Source: Candidatus Latescibacterota bacterium
GTDB lineage: Bacteria > Latescibacterota > UBA2968 > GCA-2709665
NCBI GenBank assembly: GCA_965203805.1
Contig: OZ241917.1
Location: 3,840,001 to 3,904,000, forward strand
DNA: 64,000 bases
Reading direction: 5' to 3'
A model generated the notes under the pieces. It made no database searches and was not told where the DNA came from. It was given only the letters and a program-made list of their open reading frames with translations. A program made the translations under genes and the position numbers. Below are positions 49,942 to 60,579 of the stretch, piece by piece (within the stretch, counting starts at the first letter, position 1; each line of letters begins with the position of its first letter).

Positions 49942-51111
49942 GTGCATAAGTGTGACCCACGAACTACAGTGGAATATCCGCTCGCCGTCTTCACACCTCA
50001 GGTTGGAACTGTTTCGGAGACCTTCATTCGTCGGCATGTAAATGATCTGTGCACTGGCGCATCCGTTACGATTACCTGTCAAGTCGGCGACCCGGTAAGA
50101 TCCAGTTGGAACTTTGTTGGACCGATGTTGGTTTTGGATCACGTAGAGCCGGTTCGTTTCACACGAGAGACAGGCTGGGAGTTCACTTCGAAGCACCTTA
50201 ACGCGATAAAGGGGTTTTTACAGGAACATCACGTTCAGATTGTGATGGGAGAATACCTGGATGTCTGTTTGCCTCTATTGGAGATCGCTGTAGAGTTGAA
50301 GATTCCATTTTGGGGGCATGCTCATGGCTACGACATTTCCATGCGCTTGCGCGATCACCGGCTTCGGAATGCATACCGCCGCTATAGGGAGGCGGCTGGA
50401 ATTATTGTGGGCTGTGATTGGGCCCGCAAACGGTTAATCCGTTTGGGTTTGACGGCAGACAATGTTCATGTGGTCCCATGCGGTGTAGACTTACCTAAAC
50501 AGCCTGTGGTTCGATCTCACTCGGAATATATCCGTTGCTTAGCCGTGGGTCGGTTTATTGAAAAGAAAGCACCTCTTGTAACGCTGGATGCATTCCGGCA
50601 GGCTATGACGGCATGTCCAAGATTGCGATTGCACTATATCGGTTCAGGTGATTTGGTTCCGTCGGCCCAAGAGTATATACGAAATCATGATTTGGTGAGT
50701 TGTGTCACGCTTTACGGTAGTCGATCTCACGATTTCGTGAAACAATCGATGCAGTGGGCGGATATTTTCCTACAACACAGTATGACCGATCCGGCAACTG
50801 GCGACCAGGAAATGATGCCAGTTGGGATTCTGGAGGCAATGGCAAACAGCCTGCCGGTAGTTTCGACCCGGCATGCGGGAATTCCCGAGGCAGTAGAAGA
50901 GAGTATAACAGGGTATCTGGTAGATGAAGGTGATAGCAGCGGTATGTGCGACTGCATTGTTCAACTGGCACAGAATCGTGAGTTGCGCAAACGAATGGGA
51001 TGTGCAGCCCGTGAGCGCGTCAATGGTCGTTTCTCCTGGGACCTTGAACGCACTGCTTTGTTGGAATTATTAGACCTTAGATACGTGGCCAATCGCTTTG
51101 GCGCTTCATGA
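49942..51111 (+). CDS. GT4-family glycosyltransferase (WcaL-like; start may be GTG 49969)
   Basis: SETFI, HAHGYD, VGRFIEKK, ADIFLQHS.T...GDQE..PV.ILEAMA..LPVVSTRHAGIPE. Confidence 0.92.
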   Translation: MHKCDPRTTVEYPLAVFTPQVGTVSETFIRRHVNDLCTGASVTITCQVGDPVRSSWNFVGPMLVLDHVEPVRFTRETGWEFTSKHLNAIKGFLQEHHVQIVMGEYLDVCLPLLEIAVELKIPFWGHAHGYDISMRLRDHRLRNAYRRYREAAGIIVGCDWARKRLIRLGLTADNVHVVPCGVDLPKQPVVRSHSEYIRCLAVGRFIEKKAPLVTLDAFRQAMTACPRLRLHYIGSGDLVPSAQEYIRNHDLVSCVTLYGSRSHDFVKQSMQWADIFLQHSMTDPATGDQEMMPVGILEAMANSLPVVSTRHAGIPEAVEESITGYLVDEGDSSGMCDCIVQLAQNRELRKRMGCAARERVNGRFSWDLERTALLELLDLRYVANRFGAS

Positions 51112-51292
51112 GTGGGAAATGACAGAGGCGTCTCTCTAATGGATGTGTAGATTTGATGCGCATTGAGGTTCGCCATAGGGTCGTGGATCGTGCCTTTGAA
51201 GCCGAAAAAAGTGTTTCATTGTCAGAAAATATCCAGTCAGATGCACCGGTCTTGGGACGATACAACTGGCGGGCCTTGGAGCATCTGAGATA

Positions 51293-51883
51293 ATGCACAG
51301 ACTCGACGACGATAATGAGTATTTCGCGCTTGTAATGTTGGACGTTCGGACAGCGTTTTTCGACATCCAACGTATATTGCAGGTGGACCAGGAAAAACAT
51401 CCCGATTATGACGTCTTGTTTGTAGTCGGACGCGATGTACGGGACAATTTGAATCGGGCGTTACGGCAACGAGCCCCAGACGTTACGGTAATACCGAGGA
51501 AGGACGCAGCGTCGCATCTGGCCCTCGCCAAACTCGTCGAGGCACGCCAAAGATATTCACATGTTCTTGCGGAGAGACTGGATCGCTATCTCGAGACGCA
51601 CTTTCAGAAGAAGTCGCTGTCATTGGGAGATTTGCGAGAGAGTTTTCAAATTTCATCGAGTTATATTACCCGGCTGTTCCGGGAACACGTAGGGATGTCA
51701 TTTCGAAAACGGTTGAATTCGTACCGTGTACAAAAAGCCAAGCACCTGTTAAAAACTACAGATCAGACAGTGGATTGCATTGCAAGAGAGGTTGGATTCA
51801 GGAATCACGCACGGCTGACAGAAGCGTTTTACAGGTTCGAAGGCATGCCGCCGGGCCGGTTTCGCAGGATGTGTGTTTTTTGA
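51293..51883 (+). CDS. AraC-family transcriptional regulator (start uncertain)
   Basis: YLETHF....LSL..L...F.IS.SYI.RLF....G.SF...L...R...AK.LL......IA..VGF....L...F....G..P..FR. Confidence 0.85.
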   Translation: MHRLDDDNEYFALVMLDVRTAFFDIQRILQVDQEKHPDYDVLFVVGRDVRDNLNRALRQRAPDVTVIPRKDAASHLALAKLVEARQRYSHVLAERLDRYLETHFQKKSLSLGDLRESFQISSSYITRLFREHVGMSFRKRLNSYRVQKAKHLLKTTDQTVDCIAREVGFRNHARLTEAFYRFEGMPPGRFRRMCVF

Positions 51884-51938
51884 GACTTCGTAATGTAGGA
51901 AATCCAAGTCAGGCAGGACAAGCTGAGGTTGTTGCCCT

Positions 51939-52889
51939 ATGGTTACGGTCAAAAACATGCCGGAAGGAACTTCACACCGGGTTCATTCATCCGCTGTCGT
52001 CGGAACCGGAACAATGATTGGGGATTATACTTCGATTATGAAGGGGGTAATGGTTGGCGCAGAATGTGAAATCGGACAACATGTGGTAATTCACCCGGAT
52101 ACGATAATTGAAGATGGTGTGCGTATTGACGACCATGCGACGATCGGGAAGTTGCCAATGAGAAGTGTTGCCAGCGCTTTCAATCGAAGTGACCAGCCCG
52201 AGCCAGCAAGGATCGGAAGCGGCTGTTTGGTTGGTACATCAGCGATCCTGTACCGAGGGTGTCGAATTGGAAATCATGTCCTGATTGCTGACCAGGCGAC
52301 TGTACGAGAGGATAGCACGGTGGGGGATTATACGATTATTGGACGGAACGTCGCGCTCGAAAGCCAGGTAATCGTAGGGAGGTTGTGCAAGATTGAGGCA
52401 GGAGCGTATGTTGCCGGACCTTCAGAGATTGAGGAAGGTTGTTTTGTTGCCCCAGGCGTGGTTGTTACCAATGACAACTTCATGGGCCGGACGGAAGCCA
52501 GAAAACGGAAATTTAGAGGGATTAGAATTGAAGTCGGAGGCCGAATTGGTGCTAATTCTACAATCCTCCCCGGTAAACGAATCGCGCCTGATGGAGTGGT
52601 GGCCGCAGGTGCGGTTGTAACACGTGACGTGCCGGCGCGCACGGTGGTTTCCGGACTCCCTGCGCGTTATCTCCGCGATGTAACGCCCGAGGAGTTTTGG
52701 CGGCATCAAGAACCAGTGGTACGCGGTGACCTCGAAATGGAACCCCGAGGCACAGATTCCAGTTCACGAGAATGCGAACGGAACAGGGGGTCGGCAGAAG
52801 AGGGTCGCCTAGCGGGGTACTTCTTCAACGAATTGACATTTGAGTATCAAGAACTACCTGGAAATGGGGGATCGGCATTTGGGAATTGA
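51939..52889 (+). CDS. Hexapeptide-repeat acyltransferase (WbpD-like sugar N-acyltransferase)
   Basis: Left-handed beta-helix repeats, with FVAPGVVVTND, IGANSTILPG and VAAGAVVTRDVP...VSGLPAR. Confidence 0.88.
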   Translation: MVTVKNMPEGTSHRVHSSAVVGTGTMIGDYTSIMKGVMVGAECEIGQHVVIHPDTIIEDGVRIDDHATIGKLPMRSVASAFNRSDQPEPARIGSGCLVGTSAILYRGCRIGNHVLIADQATVREDSTVGDYTIIGRNVALESQVIVGRLCKIEAGAYVAGPSEIEEGCFVAPGVVVTNDNFMGRTEARKRKFRGIRIEVGGRIGANSTILPGKRIAPDGVVAAGAVVTRDVPARTVVSGLPARYLRDVTPEEFWRHQEPVVRGDLEMEPRGTDSSSRECERNRGSAEEGRLAGYFFNELTFEYQELPGNGGSAFGN

Positions 52890-53460
52890 AATGGGGCCGC
52901 AGCATTATGACAAGGTATACGAGTCTACGGAACTCTACCGCCTTCACTATTCGCAGTCCCGCTGCTACGAATTATGGAAGCGGGTCTTGAGGTTTATGCG
53001 GGTATTTCCGTCACCGCGTGTTTTGGAAATCGGGTGCGGAACCGGGCAGTTTGCGCATATGCTCTGGGATACGGGCTATAGGCAATACCATGGTTTCGAT
53101 TTCAGTACCGCAGCAGTTCGAATTGCGACGGGTGCCTGCGAACAGTCGTTTACGGTCGCTGACGCAAGAAAGCCTGAAGCATATCAATGGAATTACAATC
53201 TGGCGCTTGCAATCGATTTTCTGGAACACGTTGAAGACGATTTTGAGATCCTTGGACACATTAGTCCGGGGACGCCACTTGTATTTACCTTGCCGACCTT
53301 CGATGATCCAGCGCATGTGAGATGGTTTCGGCATCCGGACGAGATCTATGATCGGTATGGAGTCTGCATCAGTTTTACAGGTTTATCGTTTGTCAAGCCG
53401 TGGTTCGTGTGTCTGGGACACGTGGCTCGACCGGCAGTGAAATCTGTACCATTGGTTTGA
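52840..53460 (+). CDS. Class I SAM-dependent methyltransferase
   Basis: VLEIGCGTG, YHGFDFS, VADA and FLEHVEDD. Confidence 0.88.
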   Translation: MSIKNYLEMGDRHLGIEMGPQHYDKVYESTELYRLHYSQSRCYELWKRVLRFMRVFPSPRVLEIGCGTGQFAHMLWDTGYRQYHGFDFSTAAVRIATGACEQSFTVADARKPEAYQWNYNLALAIDFLEHVEDDFEILGHISPGTPLVFTLPTFDDPAHVRWFRHPDEIYDRYGVCISFTGLSFVKPWFVCLGHVARPAVKSVPLV

Positions 53461-53519
53461 GTTAAACCGTCGTCGATATCAAAGAAATCCCGATATCCAA
53501 TCTGTCGAAGAGATGATGC

Positions 53520-54305
53520 ATGTCACCTATCTGGGACTCTGATTTCAGTTACGCATATTTTGAAAATATCCTCGAAGTTGCGAAACGCAATTATTGTCTG
53601 AGTCTCCTTGGTGACGCTCCAGAGGTACTACAGCGACCTTCCGCAAGGCCGCGGCTATTCCTTCGCCATGACGTGGATTTCGATTTGGGTGCGGCGCTTA
53701 GGTTGGCGGAAGTAGAGAGCAGGTTCAATGTCACTGCCACCTATATGGTTATGGTCAATTCCCCTTTCTATCGTGCAGACACGAAGCACGCAAGTAGCAT
53801 ATTCCTTCGTCTTATGTCACTGGGACATGAAATAGGTTTACACTTTTACTTTAGGCGGTGTGCTTGTTTGGGCGAGGACGTCGGGGTCGATGCCTTGTTG
53901 CCAGAAATACAAAATGCATGCGCGCAACTTGAAGATAGTATTCGACTTCCTGTAACGTCCTTTTCTCTTCATCGTCCGTTAAGCCGGTTCTTGGGTGGCG
54001 ACTTGCTTGTCGGTGGGAAAGTGAATGCATACGCAGGTGTTCTAATGGATTGGTATCTGTCTGATTCAAAAGGATCCTGGCGCGAAGGAGAACCGCTGCC
54101 GAAACTGTTAAATCCAGTACGTCCAAATTTGCAGCTGTTGATCCATCCCATTTGGTGGGGCGGCAGTCGGATTGCACCAAGGATGCGCTTAGAACGGTTC
54201 CTAGATGAAAAGGCTTGCGGTCTGACCGCACATCAACTGAAGGAACTAAATGCTACACTCCAAGAATATGTCACGATCCCGAATTTAAGGATTCGTGGAG
54301 GCTAA
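53520..54305 (+). CDS. Polysaccharide deacetylase-like (NodB/WbmS-like) protein
   Basis: LRHDVD, ATYMV, GHEIGLH, FS.HRP, YLSDS...W and LQLLIHPIWW. Confidence 0.8.
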   Translation: MSPIWDSDFSYAYFENILEVAKRNYCLSLLGDAPEVLQRPSARPRLFLRHDVDFDLGAALRLAEVESRFNVTATYMVMVNSPFYRADTKHASSIFLRLMSLGHEIGLHFYFRRCACLGEDVGVDALLPEIQNACAQLEDSIRLPVTSFSLHRPLSRFLGGDLLVGGKVNAYAGVLMDWYLSDSKGSWREGEPLPKLLNPVRPNLQLLIHPIWWGGSRIAPRMRLERFLDEKACGLTAHQLKELNATLQEYVTIPNLRIRGG

Positions 54306-54380
54306 CTTCGACGGAAAAGTCGTGTGCATGCTGCGCAATGGATTCTCGTAGTTAAGACAAAGACCGGGGGGAATAACGAA

Positions 54381-55097
54381 GTGCCGATTGTAATGAGTGC
54401 GCATCAACCCAATTGTTTGCCCTGGCTGGGTTTCTTTCACAAAATGACCTATAGCGACGTATTCGTTTTTCTGGATGATGTTCAATTTACAAATAAGACA
54501 TATACAAATCGGTACTATGTGAAATTCAACGGCAATAAAGTGCGCCTAAGCGTACCTGTGCTTAAATCAAAATCGCTTCGAAAGATAAGAGAGATCGAAA
54601 TAGACACTCGTATGTTCTCGTACAAACACATTCAGACATTCCATCATGCGTACGGGAAATCTATCGGTTTTGATGAGATATTCCCAATTCTCCTTCCGCA
54701 CTTTGAGATGGGAAAAATCAATCTTGCGGAATTAAATATGGGGCTCATTAGGGCACTGGCAGACTATATGGAGTTGACACCCCGATTTATAAGGTTGTCG
54801 GATCTGGGACTCAAGAGTAAGAAAAACCAGCTACTAATCGATATAGCTAAAAAATGTGAAGTGGACATTTTTGTTTCAGGAGTTGGCGCCAGAGCCTATA
54901 TCTCAGGTCACGAATACAGATATGCAGAGAAAGGGATATTATTGGCATTCCAGAATTTCATCCATCCTGTTTACGTCCAATCAACCGGCCCCTTCCTGGC
55001 AGGGTGCAGTATTGTCGACTTGCTATTTAATACTGGAAGACTTGCTCTGGACCATCTAGTCAGCCAGAAGCAAGCTCCATACATATATGCTAAGTGA
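54381..55097 (+). CDS. WbqC-family protein
   Basis: HQPN.LPWLGFFHK...DVFVFLDDVQF...NR, LSVPV, SG.GA..Y, F.HPVY.Q and SIVDLLFN.G. Confidence 0.9.
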   Translation: MPIVMSAHQPNCLPWLGFFHKMTYSDVFVFLDDVQFTNKTYTNRYYVKFNGNKVRLSVPVLKSKSLRKIREIEIDTRMFSYKHIQTFHHAYGKSIGFDEIFPILLPHFEMGKINLAELNMGLIRALADYMELTPRFIRLSDLGLKSKKNQLLIDIAKKCEVDIFVSGVGARAYISGHEYRYAEKGILLAFQNFIHPVYVQSTGPFLAGCSIVDLLFNTGRLALDHLVSQKQAPYIYAK

Positions 55098-55185
55098 TAT
55101 AGGGCGCGGAAAAGTGCTCAATGAACTCCTAAGGGTTTGAGGTCGGCCGGCAGTTCGTACCCTTTAATGCTTCGGATGGTTAACG

Positions 55186-56709
55186 GTGCTAATACTCACA
55201 GGCGTCTGCATCATTGCGGCGTTGGTTAGAGTTATCCCTCGGTTATTCGCGCCAGCTATGGTCACCGATACCTATGGGCATTGGATCCTAATAAAAAAAA
55301 TAAGGGAAAAGGGTATTATCGAGGCACATAATGATGTGCACTATTACCCGTTAGGCTTTCATTGGCTGCTCAGTTTTATTCCAGATAGACTTTTGCCCCA
55401 TTGGGACCGGATCAATGGGGCCTTTTTTGACGTTTTACACGTCGTCCTCTTTTCATTCGCAATTTGGAGGCATTCGGTCGAAAGCAAAATGCCTGATGAA
55501 ATTGTGTGGGGCTGGGCGCCGTTACTTCTGGCGCTATCTCCGGCCTGGTTATCGTTGGGGCGAGGCCCAAGAGCTTACCATGGCACTGCGCGCGTATTTG
55601 GTGAGTTATTGGTCAGCGGAGTCTTCGTATGTATTTGGATATACCAGGATACTGGTTCGATGGAGTGGCTGACTTGTGCGATCATTGTGAGCGTAGTACT
55701 GATGCTATCGAGCAAATTTGGCTCGCAGGTCCTTTTGTCGTTCTGTTTGATTATTGGCGTACTCCAACGCAGTATCATTCTAATGTCTATACCTTTTGTC
55801 TCAGGTCTGCTGGCATATGCGTTCTCAAAGAAGGCATATGGCACGATTCTTAAAGGGCATATCCGTCATTTAAAATGGTATGCGAGCAATATCAAAAAGA
55901 AGAGAATGTTTATTGCAAACCGTAACTCCCTCCGGGAAATATGGCGGATATACAGGCAATCTGGCATTCTAGCGGCTGCGTACAGGTTTTTTGGTGTAAA
56001 TAGCGTGGGTGTAGGGATTTTTCAACATCTAATTTTGATAGTCGTCCTGATCCAAACCGGCGGAAGCGACGTATCTGGTACGTTGCCAAATTACCTATGG
56101 CATTGGTTGTTCGCGGGCGTCTGTCTGTGGATGCTTTCTTCCATGAAATTTCTGTTGTTTATCGGCGCTGCTGAAAGGTATCTCTTTGCAATGGCGATCC
56201 CGGAATACATCCTGATCGCAGACTACTTGCTCGATGGTCCGGCAGGAGCACGCTGGGTGATACTCTTCGGATCTGTTTTCGTTTGGCTAGTCTTCGTATG
56301 GCAGATGCGCATACAGTATGGTGGGTACTATTATTTGGAGACCAAAGCAAGAAAACAAACCATAGGTTTTCTTAATACGCTAACTTCAATGAGACTGCTC
56401 ACGTTCGACCGATCGCCTGCATGGGACATAGCATATAAGACCAATCACCACCATTTTATGATTGTTCCGGAATTTGACGCAACATCATCATGGGATGATC
56501 TCTTTGAATATGATACATATCCCAGCTGGAAGGCTGTGTCCCTTTTAGATCTACGATTAATTGTAGTGAGTCGCGAGGCAGTGATGGATGCCATACGAAA
56601 GAAGATCCCTGTTGCATTTCCGTTTTCGGAGCTTGAGAAGCTGTTCGACAATGGAATGTATCAGGTATATCGTGTGCCAGAGTCCTTGTTTCATCCAATC
56701 GGGTCCTGA
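55186..56709 (+). CDS. Multi-TM protein, possible GT-C-fold transferase
   Basis: TDTYGH, YYPLGFHWLL, about 11 TMs, ERY, and a soluble C-terminal domain ending LEKLFDNGMYQVYRV. Confidence 0.6.
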   Translation: MLILTGVCIIAALVRVIPRLFAPAMVTDTYGHWILIKKIREKGIIEAHNDVHYYPLGFHWLLSFIPDRLLPHWDRINGAFFDVLHVVLFSFAIWRHSVESKMPDEIVWGWAPLLLALSPAWLSLGRGPRAYHGTARVFGELLVSGVFVCIWIYQDTGSMEWLTCAIIVSVVLMLSSKFGSQVLLSFCLIIGVLQRSIILMSIPFVSGLLAYAFSKKAYGTILKGHIRHLKWYASNIKKKRMFIANRNSLREIWRIYRQSGILAAAYRFFGVNSVGVGIFQHLILIVVLIQTGGSDVSGTLPNYLWHWLFAGVCLWMLSSMKFLLFIGAAERYLFAMAIPEYILIADYLLDGPAGARWVILFGSVFVWLVFVWQMRIQYGGYYYLETKARKQTIGFLNTLTSMRLLTFDRSPAWDIAYKTNHHHFMIVPEFDATSSWDDLFEYDTYPSWKAVSLLDLRLIVVSREAVMDAIRKKIPVAFPFSELEKLFDNGMYQVYRVPESLFHPIGS

Positions 56710-56804
56710 ACCCCATCTAAATGGATAGAACAAAAGGGCACAGGGCCGGGATAAGACTCTTACTCGCACAGTCGCAGGGACGCGTTCGTTTCCCGTGAAC
56801 TGAA

Positions 56805-58589
56805 ATGCTAATTTCAAAAGCCCAATCGACCAGTCTGTGTAAACGATTCGGAATCGTAGCCTTGAGTTTACTTTCCGCGTTATCCTTCGGTGTGACCTAC
56901 GGATGGTCTGATCAGACAGTTTACATGCTTCCCGGACTCAAGTTGGCAAACCCTTCTCTATGGAACAACGACTGGCTTGTATCGGAGACTACACACCCTC
57001 ACGTCGCGTTCAATTACCTCGTTTATGCGCTTTCAATGATTGGTCCTGTTGAGTGGACAACGGCGGCACTTCATCTGGTGATGATGTTTGCGGTAGTCGT
57101 AAGTGTTTTTTTCCTTCTCGCCGGCCTGTATGAACGCCCACTCTTGCCGTTTTTGTTCTCGCTTGTTCTCTTGCACATGATTTTTGGCAGGGTGGTCTTA
57201 TCTCATGGGTTCTTCCTGCCGTTGCTGTTGCCGACGAATATTGCGGCGTGTTTTTTTCTCGTGGGTATTGCGACGTTAACTCGCGCAGTAAGGCAATGGT
57301 CGAATACAGGGCGCCAACCGAATTGCCCTACAGCGGCTGCGCACGGCCTACGTTTTCTTGGGCTTTATGGGTTTTTCGTTTCTGGTCTGCTGTTTGGCCT
57401 CAGTGGTCTTTTTCACGGCACTTTTCTCTGCCTGGTTCCGGTGTTTCTGGTGGGTTTGCTAATTTGCCGGCGAATGGCTGTATGTCAGGTGGTTGTCCTT
57501 GGCGTACCGTTCTTCGTGGTGATTCTTCCTGCCCTCTGGTGGGCCTTACGCTCATTCGTTGTGGACGAGGCGGGAAGTCTTGAAAGGTTAGACGAAATCG
57601 CACGTATCCGGATTCCGCATCACTATCTGCCATCGACTTGGGGAAAAGAAACGATATTGATGTTTGCTGGTAGCATGTTGCTGGGTGCGATAGGGATCAT
57701 CCTGAGACGGCCGGCGAGAAAGGAAGCTTCAGTCGTGTTCGCCTCGGTAGCCTCAATCGCGGGCGTTTCAGTCTTGGTGTTCTTCTCGACTGTTGTATTC
57801 TTCGTGCCTCAAATTGCTATGCTTCAGACTTATCGATTTGTGGCATTTCTCTCGGTCTTCAGTGTCTTGTTTTTTGCGGGTGCAATTGCAGGGCAGGTCG
57901 AATTAGCACCGAGTTCGCGTTGGGCTTTGAAGACTGGTGTAACGTACATATTTGTGGCAATTGGGCTATCGGTCGCGTCTTGGATAGATGTTTACGTTGG
58001 GATCACTCTTGGGGTACTGTATTTGTTCGGGCTGGCAGGAACACAGTTAGAATGGCATCGTCCAAGTTTATCATGGATTGGGGAATTATCGCTCATTTTC
58101 GTCGTAACAATCTTTGTTGGCTTGTACGCTGTTGAACGATTTCCATATTCCAGGCAGGCATTGATACCGGTACAAAAATCGAGAGCCGCACTATTTAAGT
58201 GGGTGCAAGAAACTACCCCGAAGGATGCGGTCTTCATTGTGCCGATCGATTTACAGAGGTTTCGGCTGCACACAAAACGCAGCATCGTAGCTGACTGGAA
58301 AGGCAATTCATATCGACTTGAAGACGTGGAAGAGTGGGTCCGCCGAATTCGCGCAGTTTGTGGAAATCCGATGGCCTATTCATACCGTGAGCTGTATAGA
58401 GGATATCAGACAATGGAAGTAAATAGAGCTCGACGGTTGGCCGATGAATTTGGAGCACAGTATGTGGTCGTTAAAGCCTTTCAGCACAAGGGTCATCTCG
58501 GCGAATTTGAAAGGGTTTATTCTCGAGGTGGGTTCTTGGTCTACCGAATTTGTCGGTCGATCGCAATTTCGGAGGAATTCGTCACATGA
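56805..58589 (+). CDS. Multi-TM protein with DUF6798-like domain
   Basis: NP.LW.NDW, RIPHHYLP..W, WVQETTPKDAVF..P...FRL...RS.V.DWK, W..R and FLVYRI. Confidence 0.7.
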   Translation: MLISKAQSTSLCKRFGIVALSLLSALSFGVTYGWSDQTVYMLPGLKLANPSLWNNDWLVSETTHPHVAFNYLVYALSMIGPVEWTTAALHLVMMFAVVVSVFFLLAGLYERPLLPFLFSLVLLHMIFGRVVLSHGFFLPLLLPTNIAACFFLVGIATLTRAVRQWSNTGRQPNCPTAAAHGLRFLGLYGFFVSGLLFGLSGLFHGTFLCLVPVFLVGLLICRRMAVCQVVVLGVPFFVVILPALWWALRSFVVDEAGSLERLDEIARIRIPHHYLPSTWGKETILMFAGSMLLGAIGIILRRPARKEASVVFASVASIAGVSVLVFFSTVVFFVPQIAMLQTYRFVAFLSVFSVLFFAGAIAGQVELAPSSRWALKTGVTYIFVAIGLSVASWIDVYVGITLGVLYLFGLAGTQLEWHRPSLSWIGELSLIFVVTIFVGLYAVERFPYSRQALIPVQKSRAALFKWVQETTPKDAVFIVPIDLQRFRLHTKRSIVADWKGNSYRLEDVEEWVRRIRAVCGNPMAYSYRELYRGYQTMEVNRARRLADEFGAQYVVVKAFQHKGHLGEFERVYSRGGFLVYRICRSIAISEEFVT

Positions 58590-59803
58590 AGGTCTGCATG
58601 ATTACGTTTCAATATCCGCCGGTGTTTAACGGGGGTGTAGGGAGTGTCGCCTTCCGATTGGCTAGGAATCTGGCGTCGGCAGGAGTTGACGTGCATGTTA
58701 TCGCTCCGGGTACCCATCATTTGGATGACCCGATAGCGCCTGCCTCCGAGGATGGAGCAATTGTCCACCGAACTTATCCGGCGCTTGGTTCCTACTTTGG
58801 AGACCATACCCAACTGGGGCGAATCGGCGACCACGTAATCAAATTGCATCGCGAGGTGGATTTCGATTTGGTACATGCTTTGTTTCTGGTGCCGGCGGGA
58901 CAGTTAGGCGCGATTGTAGCTGGGCAAATCGACCGGCCATTGGTGGCTAGCGCTCATGGAAGCGATATTGAATTGATGCGGTACAACCCGGCGCTGATCG
59001 GGACATTGCGGTGGGTACTCAATGAGGCGGATATCGTTACGGCTGTTAGTGCTGAGTTGCTGAACAAAGCACAAAGATTCGCCAACATAAGGGACGGGAG
59101 AGTTATTCCGAATGCTTTCGATCCGGAATCGTTCGAGCCGTGGTCCCTTAAGGAAGTATCGGCCAACCAGGGATGGCGGTTTCAGGTATTCGTGGAGTCG
59201 TTTTTGCGTACGAAACGGCGTGGCGGGCCGGTGATCGGCACAGCCGGGATGATTCGACCTGCTAAGGGTCTCCCGGTTCTGCTGGATGCTTTTCATAAGT
59301 TAATGGGGACGGTGTCAGATGCGCATCTGCTGATAGTAGGTGATATCGTAAACCCCCAGGATAAGAAGAGATATTTAAGTCGAATCAAGACTATGGGATT
59401 GAAACGAAAGGTAACATTGACCGGTTCGGTACCGCCAAGGCAGGTGATGGCCTGGATGCGGGAAATGGATGTTTTCGCCCTTCCGTCGTTACATGAAGGA
59501 TCTCCTTGCGCATTGATGGAGGCGATGGGTTCTGGGCTCGCCGTAGTCGCGACGAACGTAGGCGGAATACCAGACCTCGTGACGGATGGTGTGAATGGAA
59601 TGCTGGTTGACTACGGCGACTCAGGGATACTGGCGGAGAAACTGTCCGCATTGTGTCTTGATACTGCGACCCGCGCCCGGCTCGGCATTGCTGCGAAGCA
59701 AACAGTCGAAACCGGCCTCCTGCCGAAAGACGAAACGGAAACCTGGCTGGACGCGTATTGTTCTGTCATTGCTGAAACATGCCCGCCCGAAATTGTGAAA
59801 TAA
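58586..59803 (+). CDS. GT4-family glycosyltransferase
   Basis: MKVCMITFQYPP..GG, HGSD, TAVS, IPNAFD, KG..VLL.A and LPSLHEG.P..LMEAM..G..VVATNVGGIPD. ATGA overlap and GGAGG RBS. Confidence 0.93.
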   Translation: MKVCMITFQYPPVFNGGVGSVAFRLARNLASAGVDVHVIAPGTHHLDDPIAPASEDGAIVHRTYPALGSYFGDHTQLGRIGDHVIKLHREVDFDLVHALFLVPAGQLGAIVAGQIDRPLVASAHGSDIELMRYNPALIGTLRWVLNEADIVTAVSAELLNKAQRFANIRDGRVIPNAFDPESFEPWSLKEVSANQGWRFQVFVESFLRTKRRGGPVIGTAGMIRPAKGLPVLLDAFHKLMGTVSDAHLLIVGDIVNPQDKKRYLSRIKTMGLKRKVTLTGSVPPRQVMAWMREMDVFALPSLHEGSPCALMEAMGSGLAVVATNVGGIPDLVTDGVNGMLVDYGDSGILAEKLSALCLDTATRARLGIAAKQTVETGLLPKDETETWLDAYCSVIAETCPPEIVK

Positions 59804-60579
59804 CAACCATTGAATATTGTACGTGTGTACCTGGTGAATATTGGAGTGGACTATTTGGCCAAAACCAAATCGACGCGAATATTGAGTAGGTTTGTTTCTC
59901 TACAGGAGTCACCCGAGTTTCGTAGAATCTAGCTGGAAGTCGGTATTGCAGTCCTTGGTGCGCGTGTTCCTAGCTTTGGAAGATGATATATAATGCGAGG
60001 GTCACATCTGAAGCTCGGGTACGGTCTCTTAGCTCTTCTTGTGAAGGCTCTGCATTTGACGGGCTTCGCGGCCGTTCAACGAAGGCCTTGTCTAGGACAC
60101 GTTCCTGGCTGTCCGTGCGGATGAGGGTGTTTTTCCCCTTGAGGCGATTGCTGAACCGTGGATACGTAAACTAAGAATCGTGATGGGAGCTTAAAATGTC
60201 GGGCGTGGCCTTACTCAGGGCCTTTTGTCGAGCGCGCTAAAGCGGAAAGCCGCCTTCAGCGCACCGGAGACCGGCTGAGCAAGCAGATATTGGCTAATCC
60301 AATCCATCGCTGCCTTCAGATAGAAAAACTAAAGCGACCGGCGCCCCGGGTAGGTAATGTCGGTGCGCAAGACCGGATTGGGTAGGTTGATCACTAGATT
60401 CCGCAGTCGGTCAGGATAGGCAAGATAGTCTGGTGTTGGGCCGCGGATTGATCGTTTCCAGCACATCTAATCAAACCCGCACGGTCTTGCAGTTGACTCA
60501 GTAACCCAATCTCTACAAGAACAGATAATTCGTCGACGCGAGATCCCTAGAGACGCGTTCGGGTATTCTGCTGAGCAAT

